Assembly (NCBI GenBank): GCA_965248535.1
Contig: CBDFJR010000005.1
Span: forward strand, 32,001-96,000
Length of the DNA stretch: 64,000 bases
Direction: 5' to 3'
Source: Phormidesmis sp.
GTDB taxonomy: Bacteria > Cyanobacteriota > Cyanobacteriia > Leptolyngbyales > Leptolyngbyaceae
The notes beneath the pieces are model-generated. The model was not told the origin of the DNA and searched no databases. It saw only the letters and a program-made list of their open reading frames with translations. Numbering within the stretch: the first letter of the stretch is position 1; every line of letters starts with the position of its first letter. Positions 43,531 to 55,114 of this stretch are shown in pieces. The translations under genes and the position numbers were made by a program.

Positions 43531-43779
43531 GTCAACTGCCTTACCCACAAGAGGCGAGGCTTGCACTGCCAGTTTATCTAGCCATCTAGAAGTTAGAGCG
43601 CGATAGGCTGATTGACCGCAGCCCAGTGTTAAAGGAGTGAGCTTGTCACGAGTTCAACTATACTAAAAAATGGTCTGTTGTTCGGACAGACCATTGCGAA
43701 TCTGCGGGGCATTAAACCCAGAAGACCTTGTGCACCTATCCCTCCCAACCCACAAGAGATTGGGCTTCTTAGTGACACA
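43531..43779 (-). mobile_element. Non-autonomous IS200/IS605-family miniature element
   Basis: Two subterminal hairpins sharing ACCCACAAGAG; minus-strand end CAAGCCTCGCCTCTTGTGGGTAAGGCAGTTGAC; TTTAT precedes the other end; no transposase or nuclease ORF. Confidence 0.7.
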
Positions 43780-43808
43780 ATAAACCAGAGATTGCGTATA
43801 AGATTTGC

Positions 43809-44126
<318 letters not shown>

Positions 44127-44235
44127 TCACTGCACAACCTCAGAATCATTGCTTAGTGTACTTCACAGCGTGGCCGCACTCGTTTGGGCAGTTGCAAAAC
44201 TTTAAACTCTGCAACCTGGAGGGTGATGCTAGTTT

Positions 44236-45096
44236 TTAAGACCGCCTGAGTTGCTGAACTTGAGCGATCGTCAGCCCTGTCTTTTGAGCGATCGTGTCTA
44301 CATCTAGGAGACCAAGGAGCGATCGAGCAATTTCTAGACGCTCTTCTTGTCGTCCTTCTTGTCGTCCTTCCTGCCGCCCGTCCTGTTTGGCTTTAAGAAT
44401 GGCATTACGGTTGTCGTGCAAAACCATTTGTCGCTTCTCCAGCACTTCTAACTCCTTACGACTCAATCTGCTCTGCTTCGCGACTGTGAAGGCATGGTCG
44501 ATCGCCGCTACTTCTTTCATCTTGGGCGGCACCGACTCTAGCTGGTTGGCAGACCGCAGGAAATAGAGCCATTTGTCCACCAGAGTTTTGAGATCATCAA
44601 GCGTCTTTTTAAATTTGGGTAGCTCGACAAAGATCAGTTCAATATCATCGCTATAGTCTGTCAGGTCATCTTTTTCTTTGAGTCGATAGCGCGAGAGGAT
44701 ACGATCGTTGCCCGGAAACATCTCAAAATCTGTAATGGTCAAAGCAATGATCGGATTCAACAGCGTGTAGTCTTCACCAACCCCTAGCTGAATCGAGAAA
44801 GCCTTAGCAGCGTTATACAGCACTCGCTTTTCAAACCCTAAGACATTTAACACCTGCATCTCAATGATCACCGTTTTGCCATCAGAGAGCGTTGCTTTGA
44901 CATCTAAATATGAATCCTTGATTCCCTTAATCCGGGGAGCCTGATAGGGATCGAGAATGATCAGATCTTGAATCGTGTCTTGCTCTTCGTAAACAAGGGC
45001 GTTGAGAAAACTAATTAGGATGTCTTTGCTGTGCTTAGAGCCAAAGATTTTCTTGAAAGCGAAATCAGTTTTAGGATTAATGAAGACGCTCGGCAT
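44236..45096 (-). CDS. Rpn-family PD-(D/E)XK nuclease / putative transposase
   Basis: NPKTDFAFKKIFG, LDVKA, IIEMQV, FVELPKF, C-terminal QEGR repeats. Confidence 0.9.
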   Translation of the reverse strand: MPSVFINPKTDFAFKKIFGSKHSKDILISFLNALVYEEQDTIQDLIILDPYQAPRIKGIKDSYLDVKATLSDGKTVIIEMQVLNVLGFEKRVLYNAAKAFSIQLGVGEDYTLLNPIIALTITDFEMFPGNDRILSRYRLKEKDDLTDYSDDIELIFVELPKFKKTLDDLKTLVDKWLYFLRSANQLESVPPKMKEVAAIDHAFTVAKQSRLSRKELEVLEKRQMVLHDNRNAILKAKQDGRQEGRQEGRQEERLEIARSLLGLLDVDTIAQKTGLTIAQVQQLRRS

Positions 45097-45143
45097 CGGT
45101 TTTAATCTCTGATGGCAACTTATCTCGATCGTATCTCAAGTTT

Positions 45144-46049
45144 TTAAAGTCCCAATTTTTCTAAAACGGGGCGCGTCGAGACAATGTGGCGATCGAGTCC
45201 CAACTCACTTGGCTTAACGCCTAGCGCTAATGCGACAAGCTGCGGCAAATGCAGCACGGGCAGCCCCAGTTTTTGGCCGATCACCTTTTCAACTTCGGGC
45301 TGACGAGAGTCGAGATTTAAGTGACAAAGGGGACACGGAGTGACAATACAATCGGCTCCGGCGGCGATCGCTTCTTGAATGTGCGTCCCCGCCATCTTAA
45401 AGGATTGCTCGGTGGCATAGCTCGAAAGCGGCCAACCGCAGCACTGAGTCCGACCGCGATAATAAATAGGTGTTGCGCCAACCGTTCGGAAGACGTTTTC
45501 CATCGACTCTGGCTTAAACGGGTCGTCATAGCGGATGTGATCTTGTCCGCGCAGTAAATAGCACCCGTAGAAAGCAGCGCAGTTCAAATTAGCAAGTTTG
45601 TGAGTGACCCGATCGGCGATCGCTTCCAGTCCATAGTCGGCGACGAGTGCCCAGAGCAGATGTTTGACATCCGTTGAGCCTTGATAAGGTGAACAGCCTT
45701 CTTTAGTGAGAAACCCATTCACCTGGTCGAGATAAGCCGGATCGTTGCTTTGAGCAGTTTTTAAGCGCTCATCTACATGACCGATCACGCCCTGACAGGT
45801 GCTGCAATGAGTTAACAACGGCAAATTTAGCTGCTCGGCTAAGGCAATATTGCGGGCGTTTACGGTGTCTTCGAGCAATTGCGAATCTTCTTTAAAGATG
45901 CCAGAGCCACAGCAAGACGCTTTTTTAAGCTCAACTAGCTCGATTCCGAGAGTCTTGGTCAGAGCTTTAGTCGATTGATCTAGCTCCCGGCACGCTCCTT
46001 GAGCAACACAACCGGGAAAGTAGGCGTATTTGAGCGTGGACGATCGCAT
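45144..46049 (-). CDS. CCG-domain HdrB-like protein (possible succinate dehydrogenase anchor subunit)
   Basis: YFPGC, SCCG, HCSTC, FYGC, QCCG, CPLCHLNLD. Confidence 0.88.
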   Translation of the reverse strand: MRSSTLKYAYFPGCVAQGACRELDQSTKALTKTLGIELVELKKASCCGSGIFKEDSQLLEDTVNARNIALAEQLNLPLLTHCSTCQGVIGHVDERLKTAQSNDPAYLDQVNGFLTKEGCSPYQGSTDVKHLLWALVADYGLEAIADRVTHKLANLNCAAFYGCYLLRGQDHIRYDDPFKPESMENVFRTVGATPIYYRGRTQCCGWPLSSYATEQSFKMAGTHIQEAIAAGADCIVTPCPLCHLNLDSRQPEVEKVIGQKLGLPVLHLPQLVALALGVKPSELGLDRHIVSTRPVLEKLGL

Positions 46050-46155
46050 GGTTAGAATTCAAAAAAACATCATCAATCCCTGAGTCTGAGCAAAGTCACC
46101 CAAAACTCGCTATTCAAATGTATCATCGCTGATTTTTAGGCTTGAAAGAATCTTT

Positions 46156-47127
46156 TCATCGCTCATAGGCGGCTTCTCGCAGCCGCTCCACATCGCGCAT
46201 TGGGGGTGTCCCAAAGAGCCGCTTATACTCCCGGTTAAAGTGCGAAGCATCGTCATAGCCCACTCGGTAAGCAGCACTGGTCGCGTCAAGGTTTTCTGCC
46301 AGCATCAGACGACGAGCTTCTTGGAGCCGAAGTTGCTTCTGAAACTGCAAAGGACTCATGGCAGTGACCGACTTGAAGTGATGGTGAAAGCCCGAAACAC
46401 TCATTCCCAGATCTTTCGCGATGCTTTCAATCCGAAGTGGCTGGTTAAAGTCTTTGCGAAGTCGATCGACGGCTCTGGCAATGTGGTGAGTGTAGCCGCC
46501 CAAGACTGCAATCTGACGGAGCCGATCGCCCTGCTCTCCTAGCAAAAGTCGGTAAATGATTTCCCGGTTAATGAGGGGTGCGAGAACATGAGCTTCAGTA
46601 GGGGAATCTAGAAGCCTAACAAGCCGCACCACAGCATCCAACAGATTTGCATCTAACAGACTGATGTCGATCGCTTTGACATCAGCCCGGCTGCGCGATG
46701 AGGGATGCCCTGCCTCGACTATGACGGAGCCAACCAGAGTGGGGTCGAGATCGAGGCGAAGGCTCAGGTACGGTTGCGACGGGGACGCTTCTAGAATTTG
46801 GCTAACAATCGGCAGTTCGACCGTTGCCAGCAGATAGTGCATCGGGTCGTACTGATAGCGATCGTTGCCCAAAAGAACTTCTTTGCTGCCCTGAGCAATC
46901 ACACAAAAAGCAGGGACAGAGACCGCATGGCAGGGTTCTGAAGGCGAAGAGGAGCGGTTGAAGTGCAATCCTTTTAGCGGCTCGATTGTCCCATCATCAC
47001 AAATCGCTTGGGCAATCCGCTCCGTCAGTTCGTGTCGGTTGGCTAGCGCTCTGTCTGCCTCGCGTTTTGTCTGCGAGTCATTAGTTAAATCGAGATCGGA
47101 CGTTTCACTCAGTTTGGCAGCGCTCAT
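46156..47127 (-). CDS. AraC-family regulator (YqhC-like)
   Basis: CVIAQGSKEV N-domain; MSPLQFQKQLRLQEAR, VGYDDASHFNREYKRLFG; likely start ATG 47127. Confidence 0.9.
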   Translation of the reverse strand: MSAAKLSETSDLDLTNDSQTKREADRALANRHELTERIAQAICDDGTIEPLKGLHFNRSSSPSEPCHAVSVPAFCVIAQGSKEVLLGNDRYQYDPMHYLLATVELPIVSQILEASPSQPYLSLRLDLDPTLVGSVIVEAGHPSSRSRADVKAIDISLLDANLLDAVVRLVRLLDSPTEAHVLAPLINREIIYRLLLGEQGDRLRQIAVLGGYTHHIARAVDRLRKDFNQPLRIESIAKDLGMSVSGFHHHFKSVTAMSPLQFQKQLRLQEARRLMLAENLDATSAAYRVGYDDASHFNREYKRLFGTPPMRDVERLREAAYER

Positions 47128-47366
47128 CTCTAAGTTTGCAGGATTGTACAACAATTTTAGACGATCGTTATACTCCTTGTTTTTGAGAACTTTTAGGATA
47201 GAGACAAAGCAATCAAAAACGATGTCAGCTTCTTGTAAGCATCTTGGATTTTTAGACAAGATCAAAACCAGTGTTGACTAGGTAAGCGTCTCGCCAATTC
47301 ACCACCGGAACGACACCAAGATTAACGTTGCTTCTTAAAAGATTCCTACCCCTGGAGTATTAATTC

Positions 47367-48425
47367 ATGTATCACGCGAAAGCTTACTCTGCTGCTAGTG
47401 CGACATCACCAATGGCGGCTGACACGATCGAGCGACGCGATCTGACAGACCATGACGTGCAGATCGAAATCCTCTTTTGCGGCATTTGCCACTCTGATGT
47501 GCATTCGGTGCGCAACGAGTGGAGCAGCGTCATGCCGACGGTTTACCCGATCGTTCCCGGTCATGAGATTGTCGGTCGTGTCACTCAGGTCGGCTCGGCA
47601 GTGACGAAGTATAAGCCCGGTGATCTCGCTGGGGTCGGCTGCTTGGTCGATTCAGACGGCACCTGTCCCCAGTGCAAAGCGGATCTTGAGCAGTTTTGCC
47701 CAAACCTGACCCTCACCTTTAACTCCCCAGATAAGCACCTCGGAGGAGTCACCTATGGAGGCTACTCCGATAGTGTCGTTGTCGATGAACGCTTTGTGCT
47801 GCGCGTCCCTGACAACCTTGACCTCGCTGGAGTTGCACCGCTTCTGTGTGCTGGCATCACAACCTATTCGCCCCTGCGCCACCACGGGGTCACAAAGGGC
47901 AAGAAAGTGGGTGTGGTCGGTCTTGGCGGACTGGGACACATGGGCGTGAAGTTTGCTCATGCGTTCGGTGCCCATGTCGTCGTCTTCACCACGTCACCCG
48001 ACAAAAAGGAAGACGCGCTCCGTCTGGGTGCCGATGAAGTCGTCGTCTCCCGCAACCCCGACGAGATGCAGCAGCACACGGGCAGTTTTGACTTCATCCT
48101 CGATACCGTTTCTGCCAACCACGACCTCAACGCCTATCTCAACCTGCTTCGCCTCGACGGAAACATTACCTTGGTCGGCGCACCTGAGAAGCCTCTAGAG
48201 ATCGCGGCGTTTAGCCTGATCGCAGGTCGTCGCAATCTCTCTGGCTCTAGCATCGGCGGCATTGCCGAAACCCAGGAGATGCTCGATTTTTGCGGAGAAC
48301 ACAACATCACGGCCGATGTTGAAGTCATCCCCATCCAGAAGGTCAACGAAGCCTACGATCGACTGCTCAAGTCTGATGTGAAATATCGCTTCTCGATCGA
48401 TATGGCATCCCTCAAATCTGAATAA
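47367..48425 (+). CDS. Zn-dependent NAD(P) alcohol dehydrogenase (CAD/YahK type)
   Basis: CGICHSD, GHEIVG, APLLCAGITTYSPL, GLGGLGHMG. Confidence 0.93.
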   Translation: MYHAKAYSAASATSPMAADTIERRDLTDHDVQIEILFCGICHSDVHSVRNEWSSVMPTVYPIVPGHEIVGRVTQVGSAVTKYKPGDLAGVGCLVDSDGTCPQCKADLEQFCPNLTLTFNSPDKHLGGVTYGGYSDSVVVDERFVLRVPDNLDLAGVAPLLCAGITTYSPLRHHGVTKGKKVGVVGLGGLGHMGVKFAHAFGAHVVVFTTSPDKKEDALRLGADEVVVSRNPDEMQQHTGSFDFILDTVSANHDLNAYLNLLRLDGNITLVGAPEKPLEIAAFSLIAGRRNLSGSSIGGIAETQEMLDFCGEHNITADVEVIPIQKVNEAYDRLLKSDVKYRFSIDMASLKSE

Positions 48426-48441
48426 CTCCAAAGGAGTCACC

Positions 48442-48773
48442 ATGCAAACGCGCAAACTTGGAAATAGTAAATGAGAAGTCTCGGCAGTCAGCTTCGCTGT
48501 GCTGAAGGCAACGGGCTTGGCTACATGGGCATGAGCTTTTCTTATGGCCCGCCCAAAGACACGCAGGAGATGACCGCGTGGCTGCTTGCCCAGAAACCGT
48601 GGATTATTCCGATCCCAGGCACCACAAAGCTCGATCGCTTGGACGAAAACATCGGGGCAGTCTCAGTCGAACTCACGCCCGACGATCTGCGTAACATTGA
48701 CAACGCCGCCTCACAGATCACCGTGCAGGGGGCTAGATACCCTGAAAAGCTAGAGCAAATGACGGGTCGCTGA
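48442..48773 (+). pseudogene. Aldo/keto reductase remnant with a large internal deletion
   Basis: AGGAG + MQTRKLGNS (disrupted); GLGYMGMSFSYGP fused directly to the C-terminal AWLLAQKPWIIPIPGTTK...GARYPE. Confidence 0.85.
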
Positions 48774-49143
48774 GGGGCAAAAAACGTGTTTTCTGGTCGC
48801 ATTTCTTGGAATCTGCTGATGCCCCATTAACTGCAAAGCAAAAACGAAGCACAGGCTGATTAGTTACAACCCCTGTAGGGTTAGCTTTTCAGCCTTAACG
48901 CTCAAAACTTTTCCGTTGCTAAAACTAAACCAACTCGATTCTAGATCGAGCCAGAATCAAAATTACTCACGAATTGCCTTGCACAGATCTAACGGATCGC
49001 GCTTTCAGATAAGATGAAAAAATGCTCAAAATCATGTCGTCTCTTAAAGTACGTGTGACACGTCTAAACGGCTGACATGAGGGGCGTAGAACCAGATTAG
49101 ACCTTAGCGAGAACGGTTGCTGCCGCAACGAGTGAGGAAGACT

Positions 49144-49395
49144 ATGAGCACAAATGAGATTTTCGAGAAAGTTCAAAAAATCGTCGCTGATCAATTGGGT
49201 GTAGAAACCAGTGCTGTGGTTCCTCAAGCCAGTTTTCAAAATGATCTGGGTGCAGACTCATTAGACACAGTTGAGTTGGTGATGGCGCTAGAAGAGGAAT
49301 TTGAAATTGAGATTCCTGACGAAGCCGCAGAAGAAATTTTGACGGTGCAATCGGCCGTAGACTATATCAACAACAAAGTTGCCGCTTCCGCTTAA
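49144..49395 (+). CDS. acpP: Acyl carrier protein
   Basis: [20 protein letters not shown]; start ATG 49144. Confidence 0.97.
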   Translation: MSTNEIFEKVQKIVADQLGVETSAVVPQASFQNDLGADSLDTVELVMALEEEFEIEIPDEAAEEILTVQSAVDYINNKVAASA

Positions 49396-49509
49396 CAGAA
49401 ATTTGAGTGGAGACGATCGTGGAATGAGTTGCCCCTCTGCCGCGATCGTCTCCATTTGGAGTTCAAACCTTTTCTAATTTTGGGTGTTGAAACCCTCTGA
49501 ACCGACATC

Positions 49510-50763
49510 ATGACAAATCTTGTAAGTAAGCGCGTTGTTATCACAGGTCTGGGCGCGATTACCCCCATTGGCAACACCCTCTCTGACTATTGGGAGGGCT
49601 TAATCAGTGGGCGGAATGGCATCGCGCCGATCACGCTGTTTGACGCTTCTCGCCACGGCTGCCGCATTGCAGGCGAGGTGAAAGGCTTTGACCCCCACAA
49701 CTATATGGAGCGCAAAGAAGCCAAACGCATGGATCGGTTTGCTCAACTGGCCGTGGCAGCGAGTAAACAAGCGCTTGCAGATGCTCAGTTCACTATCAAC
49801 GATCTGAATGCAGAACAAGTTGGCGTGATGATTGGCACGGGCATCGGCGGGCTAAAAGTGCTCGAAGATCAGCAAGAAATTAATTTGACCAAGGGGCCCG
49901 ATCGCTGTAGCCCCTTCATGATTCCGATGATGATCGCCAATATGGCGGCAGGGCTGACCGCGATTCACACTGGGGCGAAGGGGCCCAATTCTTGTCCGGT
50001 GACGGCCTGCGCGGCTGGGTCAAACGCGATCGGAGATGCCTTTCGACTCGTGCAGCGCGGCTATGCTCAGGCGATGATCTGTGGTGGCACAGAAGCCGCC
50101 GTTACGCCGTTATCGGTCGCTGGGTTTGTTGCCTGCAAAGCTATGTCGAGCCGCAACGATGATCCAGCCCACGCCAGCCGACCCTTTGACAAAAATCGCG
50201 ACGGCTTTGTTTTGGGTGAAGGTGCCGGAATTTTGATTCTCGAAGAGCTAGAGCACGCCCTGAGTCGAGGAGCCAAAATCTACGCCGAGATGGTTGGCTA
50301 TGGCATGACCTGCGACGCTTATCACATCACCTCTCCGGTTCCTGGTGGCGAGGGGGCAGCGAGGGCCATTCAACTGGCGCTCAAAGATGGCGGTCTGACT
50401 CCCGAACAGGTGAGCTATATCAATGCTCACGGCACCAGCACCCCGATGAACGACTCGACCGAAACCGCCGCCATGAAAAAAGCGCTGGGTGAGCACGCTC
50501 ATAGAATTGCCGTCAGTTCGACTAAATCAATGACGGGGCATCTGCTCGGCGGATCGGGCGGCATTGAGGGAGTGGCGGCTGTGATGGCGATCGCTCACAA
50601 CAAAGTTCCGCCCACGATCAATTTAGAGAACCCTGACCCCGACTGTGACTTAGATTATGTCGCCAATCAAAGCCGCGAAATGCTGGTGGAGGTCGCCTTG
50701 TCAAACTCCTTTGGGTTTGGAGGACACAATGTGACATTGGCGTTTAGAAAATACGTTGACTAG
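49510..50763 (+). CDS. fabF: Beta-ketoacyl-ACP synthase II
   Basis: RVVITGLG, TACAAG, NAHGTST, GHLLG, SNSFGFGGHN. Confidence 0.96.
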   Translation: MTNLVSKRVVITGLGAITPIGNTLSDYWEGLISGRNGIAPITLFDASRHGCRIAGEVKGFDPHNYMERKEAKRMDRFAQLAVAASKQALADAQFTINDLNAEQVGVMIGTGIGGLKVLEDQQEINLTKGPDRCSPFMIPMMIANMAAGLTAIHTGAKGPNSCPVTACAAGSNAIGDAFRLVQRGYAQAMICGGTEAAVTPLSVAGFVACKAMSSRNDDPAHASRPFDKNRDGFVLGEGAGILILEELEHALSRGAKIYAEMVGYGMTCDAYHITSPVPGGEGAARAIQLALKDGGLTPEQVSYINAHGTSTPMNDSTETAAMKKALGEHAHRIAVSSTKSMTGHLLGGSGGIEGVAAVMAIAHNKVPPTINLENPDPDCDLDYVANQSREMLVEVALSNSFGFGGHNVTLAFRKYVD

Positions 50764-50973
50764 TGCTTGTGTTATGCCCGCTTGTCTGAAATTATTAAGA
50801 AGTTGTGAGAAGTCGGCAGCTTCTAATAACTTTTGCTGATAGGTACAATTGCTTACCTCCACTATAGTAAGTAGAGAGTAGACGAGTCCCCCTCAGAAAA
50901 CCGTGCCACCTGAACTTTTTCTGCCTGTCATTTCTGCCTAGCCCGAAACCGTCCTTCATTACAAACACAGATC

Positions 50974-52980
50974 ATGGTCGTTGCAGCCCAGTCACTCGAA
51001 GAACTTTGTATTAACGCGATCCGCTTTTTGGCGATCGATGGGGTTGAAAAAGCAAAATCAGGCCACCCTGGCTTGCCGATGGGGGCGGCTCCGATGTCAT
51101 TTGTCCTCTGGGACAAGTTCATGCAGTTCAACCCTAAAAATCCCTTTTGGTATAACCGCGATCGCTTTGTTTTGTCAGCGGGTCACGGCTCAATGCTGCA
51201 ATATGCCCTGCTCTATTTGACGGGCTACGATAGCGTCAGCTTAGATGACATTAAGCAGTTTCGGCAGTGGGGATCAAAGACTCCGGGGCACCCTGAAAAC
51301 TTTGAAACAGCCGGGGTTGAGGTCACAACTGGCCCGCTCGGTCAGGGGATTTGCAACGGCGTTGGGCTAGCGATGGCAGAGGCGCACATGGCAGCGACCT
51401 TTAACAAACCTGATGCGACGATCGTCGATCACCACACCTACGTGATTTTGGGCGACGGCTGCAACATGGAAGGCGTTTCGGGTGAAGCCTGCTCTCTGGC
51501 GGGTCACCTAGGGTTGGGCAAACTGATCGCCCTCTATGACGATAACCACATTTCTATTGATGGTGATACGGCGGTTTCCTTTACCGAAGATGTGGGCAAG
51601 CGCTTTGAAGCCTACGGCTGGCACGTTCAGGCGGTGCCCGATGGCGACACCAATTTAGAGGCGATTCAAGCGGCGATCGAGGCTGCCAAAGCCGTCACCG
51701 ACAAGCCTTCTCTAATCAAAGTGAGAACCACGATCGGCTACGGGTCTCCTAACAAGCAAAACACAGCAGGCGTTCACGGCGCAGCTTTGGGAGGCGATGA
51801 AGTCACCGCAACTCGTCAAAACCTGGGCTGGAACTATGGCCCGTTTGAAGTGCCTGAAGACGCGTTGAACCACTGGCGCAAAGCGATCGATCGCGGTGCA
51901 AAAGTCGAATCAGATTGGAACACCACCCTCGCTGCCTACAAGTCAAAATATCCCGCAGAAGCGGCTGAGTTTGAGCGTCGTCTGAGCGGCAAACTCCCCG
52001 AAGGCTGGGTGAGTTCGCTACCCACCTACACCCCCGCAGACAAAGCCCTAGCGACTCGTCAAACCTCTGAGAAGACGTTGAATGCCTTAGCTCAAGCGAT
52101 TCCTGAACTGATTGGCGGGTCGGCTGACTTGACCCACTCTAACTTGACCTTGCTCAAAGGCTTCGCTGACTTCCAGAAGGGCAGCTATGCAGGTCGCAAC
52201 CTGAGATTTGGAGTCCGTGAGCACGGCATGGGCGCGATTTGCAACGGCATTGCTCTATCGGGTTCGGGTTTGATCCCCTATTGCGCGACGTTCTTGGTGT
52301 TTGCAGACTATATGCGGGCGGCGATTCGTCTGTCTGCTTTGTCGCAAGCGGGTGTGATTTATGTCATGACTCATGACTCGATCGCCCTAGGTGAAGATGG
52401 CCCAACTCACCAACCCGTCGAAACGATCGCCTCTCTGCGCGCCATCCCCAACCTGTTGGTCTTCCGCCCAGCCGATGGCAACGAGACCTCTGGGGCTTAT
52501 AAGATCGCGATCGAGCGTCGCAAGCAGCCCTCCCTATTAGCAATGACTCGTCAAGCGCTGCCTAACCTAGACGGAAGCTCGTTTGAAGGTGTGGCTCGTG
52601 GAGCTTACATCTTGTCGGGGAGCGATGACCTGCCCGAAATCATTCTGATCGGCACCGGAAGTGAAGTCAGTCTTTGCGTCCAAGCTGCCGAAAAGCTGCG
52701 GGCTGACGGTCATAAAGTTCGCGTGGTTTCCATGCCCTGTTGGGAACTGTTTGAAGAGCAAGACGAGCACTATAAAAACGCCGTGTTGCCCAAAGCCGAT
52801 CAAAAACGTCTCGTGGTCGAAGCGGCTTCAAGCTTCGGCTGGCACAAATATTCAGGCAGCCAGGGCGCGATCGTCAGCATCGATCGCTTTGGAGTCTCTT
52901 CACCTGGCAACATCGCTATGGAAAAGTTTGGCTTCACCGTCGATAACGTGGTTGCTGAGGCCAAGAAAGTTCTCGGCTAA
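50974..52980 (+). CDS. tkt: Transketolase
   Basis: [34 protein letters not shown]. Confidence 0.97.
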   Translation: MVVAAQSLEELCINAIRFLAIDGVEKAKSGHPGLPMGAAPMSFVLWDKFMQFNPKNPFWYNRDRFVLSAGHGSMLQYALLYLTGYDSVSLDDIKQFRQWGSKTPGHPENFETAGVEVTTGPLGQGICNGVGLAMAEAHMAATFNKPDATIVDHHTYVILGDGCNMEGVSGEACSLAGHLGLGKLIALYDDNHISIDGDTAVSFTEDVGKRFEAYGWHVQAVPDGDTNLEAIQAAIEAAKAVTDKPSLIKVRTTIGYGSPNKQNTAGVHGAALGGDEVTATRQNLGWNYGPFEVPEDALNHWRKAIDRGAKVESDWNTTLAAYKSKYPAEAAEFERRLSGKLPEGWVSSLPTYTPADKALATRQTSEKTLNALAQAIPELIGGSADLTHSNLTLLKGFADFQKGSYAGRNLRFGVREHGMGAICNGIALSGSGLIPYCATFLVFADYMRAAIRLSALSQAGVIYVMTHDSIALGEDGPTHQPVETIASLRAIPNLLVFRPADGNETSGAYKIAIERRKQPSLLAMTRQALPNLDGSSFEGVARGAYILSGSDDLPEIILIGTGSEVSLCVQAAEKLRADGHKVRVVSMPCWELFEEQDEHYKNAVLPKADQKRLVVEAASSFGWHKYSGSQGAIVSIDRFGVSSPGNIAMEKFGFTVDNVVAEAKKVLG

Positions 52981-53012
52981 TCAATGACTGTGATCTTTGA
53001 GTGATCTGAAAT

Positions 53013-53036
53013 GGCTCCCCCAGAGGAGCCTTTTTT
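53013..53036 (+). terminator. Rho-independent terminator after tkt
   Basis: GGCTCC-CCCAGA-GGAGCC-TTTTTT. Confidence 0.75.
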
Positions 53037-53116
53037 AATGGTTGCTGGGGGCGAAGCTGATGATTCACTGCGAAAACTTGGGCACCCTTTGCATACCACG
53101 ATCCCCGTCAGACTTT

Positions 53117-55009
53117 ATGCAACAACCTTCTTCTGAGCCAATCTATATTCTGGGTGCTGGCCCCGCAGGGCTAGCGGCGGCCTACACCCTAACTCAACAA
53201 GGGCAGTCAGTGGTCGTGGTCGAACGGGAAGACCGAGTCGGAGGACTGGCCAAAAGCATCGAGCATCAGGGCTTTATTTTGGATTATGGGCCTCATCGTT
53301 TCTATACCAAACTGGCTCCCGTTCTCAAACTGTGGGATCAAGTGCTGGGCAGTGAGCAAGTCACGGTGCCCCGGCTAACTCGGATCTACTATGGCAAAAA
53401 ATATTTTAACTACCCGATCAAAGCCGTTGAGACGCTTTCAGCTTTAGGCATTATTGAGAGTCTTCGCATTGTCGCCTCCTATGTGCAATCTCGACTGTTT
53501 CCCACGGCTCATCCCAAAAACTTTTCTGAGTGGGTCAGCGATCGCTTTGGCAGACGACTGTTTGAAATCTTCTTTGAGGCCTATACCGAAAAGCTGTGGG
53601 GCATTCCCTGCACCGAGATTAGCGCTGACTGGGCTGCCCAGCGCATCAAAGGACTGTCCTTGCTCAAAGCAATTCGCAATGCGCTGTTTGGCAACGATGG
53701 CAAGGTCAAAACCCTGATTGATCAGTTTCAGTTTCCGCGCCTTGGCTCAGGGCAGCTTTATGACAAAATTGAGGAGTCTCTAAACGACCATCATCAGCCT
53801 GTCTTGCTCAACACAGAAGTCATTCAACTTCATCACGATGGGCAACGCGCCACGCACCTGACGCTAAAAAACCGCGAAACGGGCGAAGAGTCCACTGTGT
53901 CCTGTGGTGGGGTGATTTCGTCGGTGCCGATTAACTTGCTGTTGGGGCAAATCATCACGCCGCCGCCTCAAGAGGAGGTTGTTTCCCAGGCGCGATCGCT
54001 CAAATTTCGCAACACGGTTTTGGTCTATCTGATGGTGGAGGGCAGCGATCTGTTTCCTGACAACTGGCTCTATATCAATGAGCCATCGGTGCAGGTCGGG
54101 CGAGTGACTAACTTTGCCAACTGGTCGCCCGATATGTTGCCCAATTCTCACCAAACCCCGCTGTGCTGTGAATATTGGTGTAACTTTGATGACCCAATGT
54201 GGCAGCAGTCAGAAGCCGAACTTATTCAACTTGCCGAACAAGAACTGCGCTCGATCGGGCTGCTGCGGCACGAAACCGTTTCAGGAGGCTTTATTGTGCG
54301 GTTGCCGCGCACCTACCCCATCTACACCGGAGACTATCAGGTGGCGCTGGCAGAGATTCAGTCTTATCTGGGACAGTTTGAGAATGTGCAGCTTGTCGGG
54401 CGCTATGGCGCATTCAAATATAACAATCAAGATCACAGTTTATTAATGGGAATTTTGGCAGCCGAAAACGTGCTGACCCCCAAGAAACATAACTTATGGG
54501 CGGTCAATTCTGACAGTGAGTATGTTGAAGAAGCTCAGGCAGATGTCGTCACCTCTGCTGCTAAATCTCTGCGCCCCTCTAAGCGTCGTCACGTAATGCA
54601 GACTGCAAAACAGTTTGGTGGATATTTGTTGACGGGGGGAGCGGCTACGATCGTAGACGTAGCTCTTTTCTCGCTCTTGACCCAGGCTCACCTCTGGTAT
54701 GTTTGGGCGCTCTGTGTCAGCTATGGTTTGGGGTTAACTACCAACTTCTTTTTAAGTCGGCGGTTTGTGTTTGGCGTATATTGGCGCAACTGGAAGCTGC
54801 AATATGCTGTGTTTACGGCAGTTGCGATGAACAGTTTGTTGGCAAATTTGGGATTGCTTCAGCTATTGGTCAATGATTTACATTGGAATGCAACCACAGC
54901 GCGGCTCACCAGTGCGGGTTGTGTAGCATTGTTGAGCTATGTGGGGCATCGCTTATATTCGTTTGGTCAAGCGCAGTCAACAGAAGTGGCCCGATCGTTT
55001 GCTCGCTAG
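53117..55009 (+). CDS. FAD-dependent oxidoreductase (UDP-galactopyranose mutase / HemY-like) fused to a C-terminal GtrA domain
   Basis: GAGPAGL, DYGPHRFY, GRYGAFKYNNQDHS; C-terminal four-TM segment with NFFLSRRFVF. Confidence 0.8.
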   Translation: MQQPSSEPIYILGAGPAGLAAAYTLTQQGQSVVVVEREDRVGGLAKSIEHQGFILDYGPHRFYTKLAPVLKLWDQVLGSEQVTVPRLTRIYYGKKYFNYPIKAVETLSALGIIESLRIVASYVQSRLFPTAHPKNFSEWVSDRFGRRLFEIFFEAYTEKLWGIPCTEISADWAAQRIKGLSLLKAIRNALFGNDGKVKTLIDQFQFPRLGSGQLYDKIEESLNDHHQPVLLNTEVIQLHHDGQRATHLTLKNRETGEESTVSCGGVISSVPINLLLGQIITPPPQEEVVSQARSLKFRNTVLVYLMVEGSDLFPDNWLYINEPSVQVGRVTNFANWSPDMLPNSHQTPLCCEYWCNFDDPMWQQSEAELIQLAEQELRSIGLLRHETVSGGFIVRLPRTYPIYTGDYQVALAEIQSYLGQFENVQLVGRYGAFKYNNQDHSLLMGILAAENVLTPKKHNLWAVNSDSEYVEEAQADVVTSAAKSLRPSKRRHVMQTAKQFGGYLLTGGAATIVDVALFSLLTQAHLWYVWALCVSYGLGLTTNFFLSRRFVFGVYWRNWKLQYAVFTAVAMNSLLANLGLLQLLVNDLHWNATTARLTSAGCVALLSYVGHRLYSFGQAQSTEVARSFAR

Positions 55010-55114
55010 ATATCATTTTTAGCGAATCGATAGCTAAACTGCCTTTACCCAGCCTCTTTTAAGGTAGGTGGGCAGTTTTTTAGTTTCATATTTGAGTGAA
55101 TTAGCCCCCATTTC

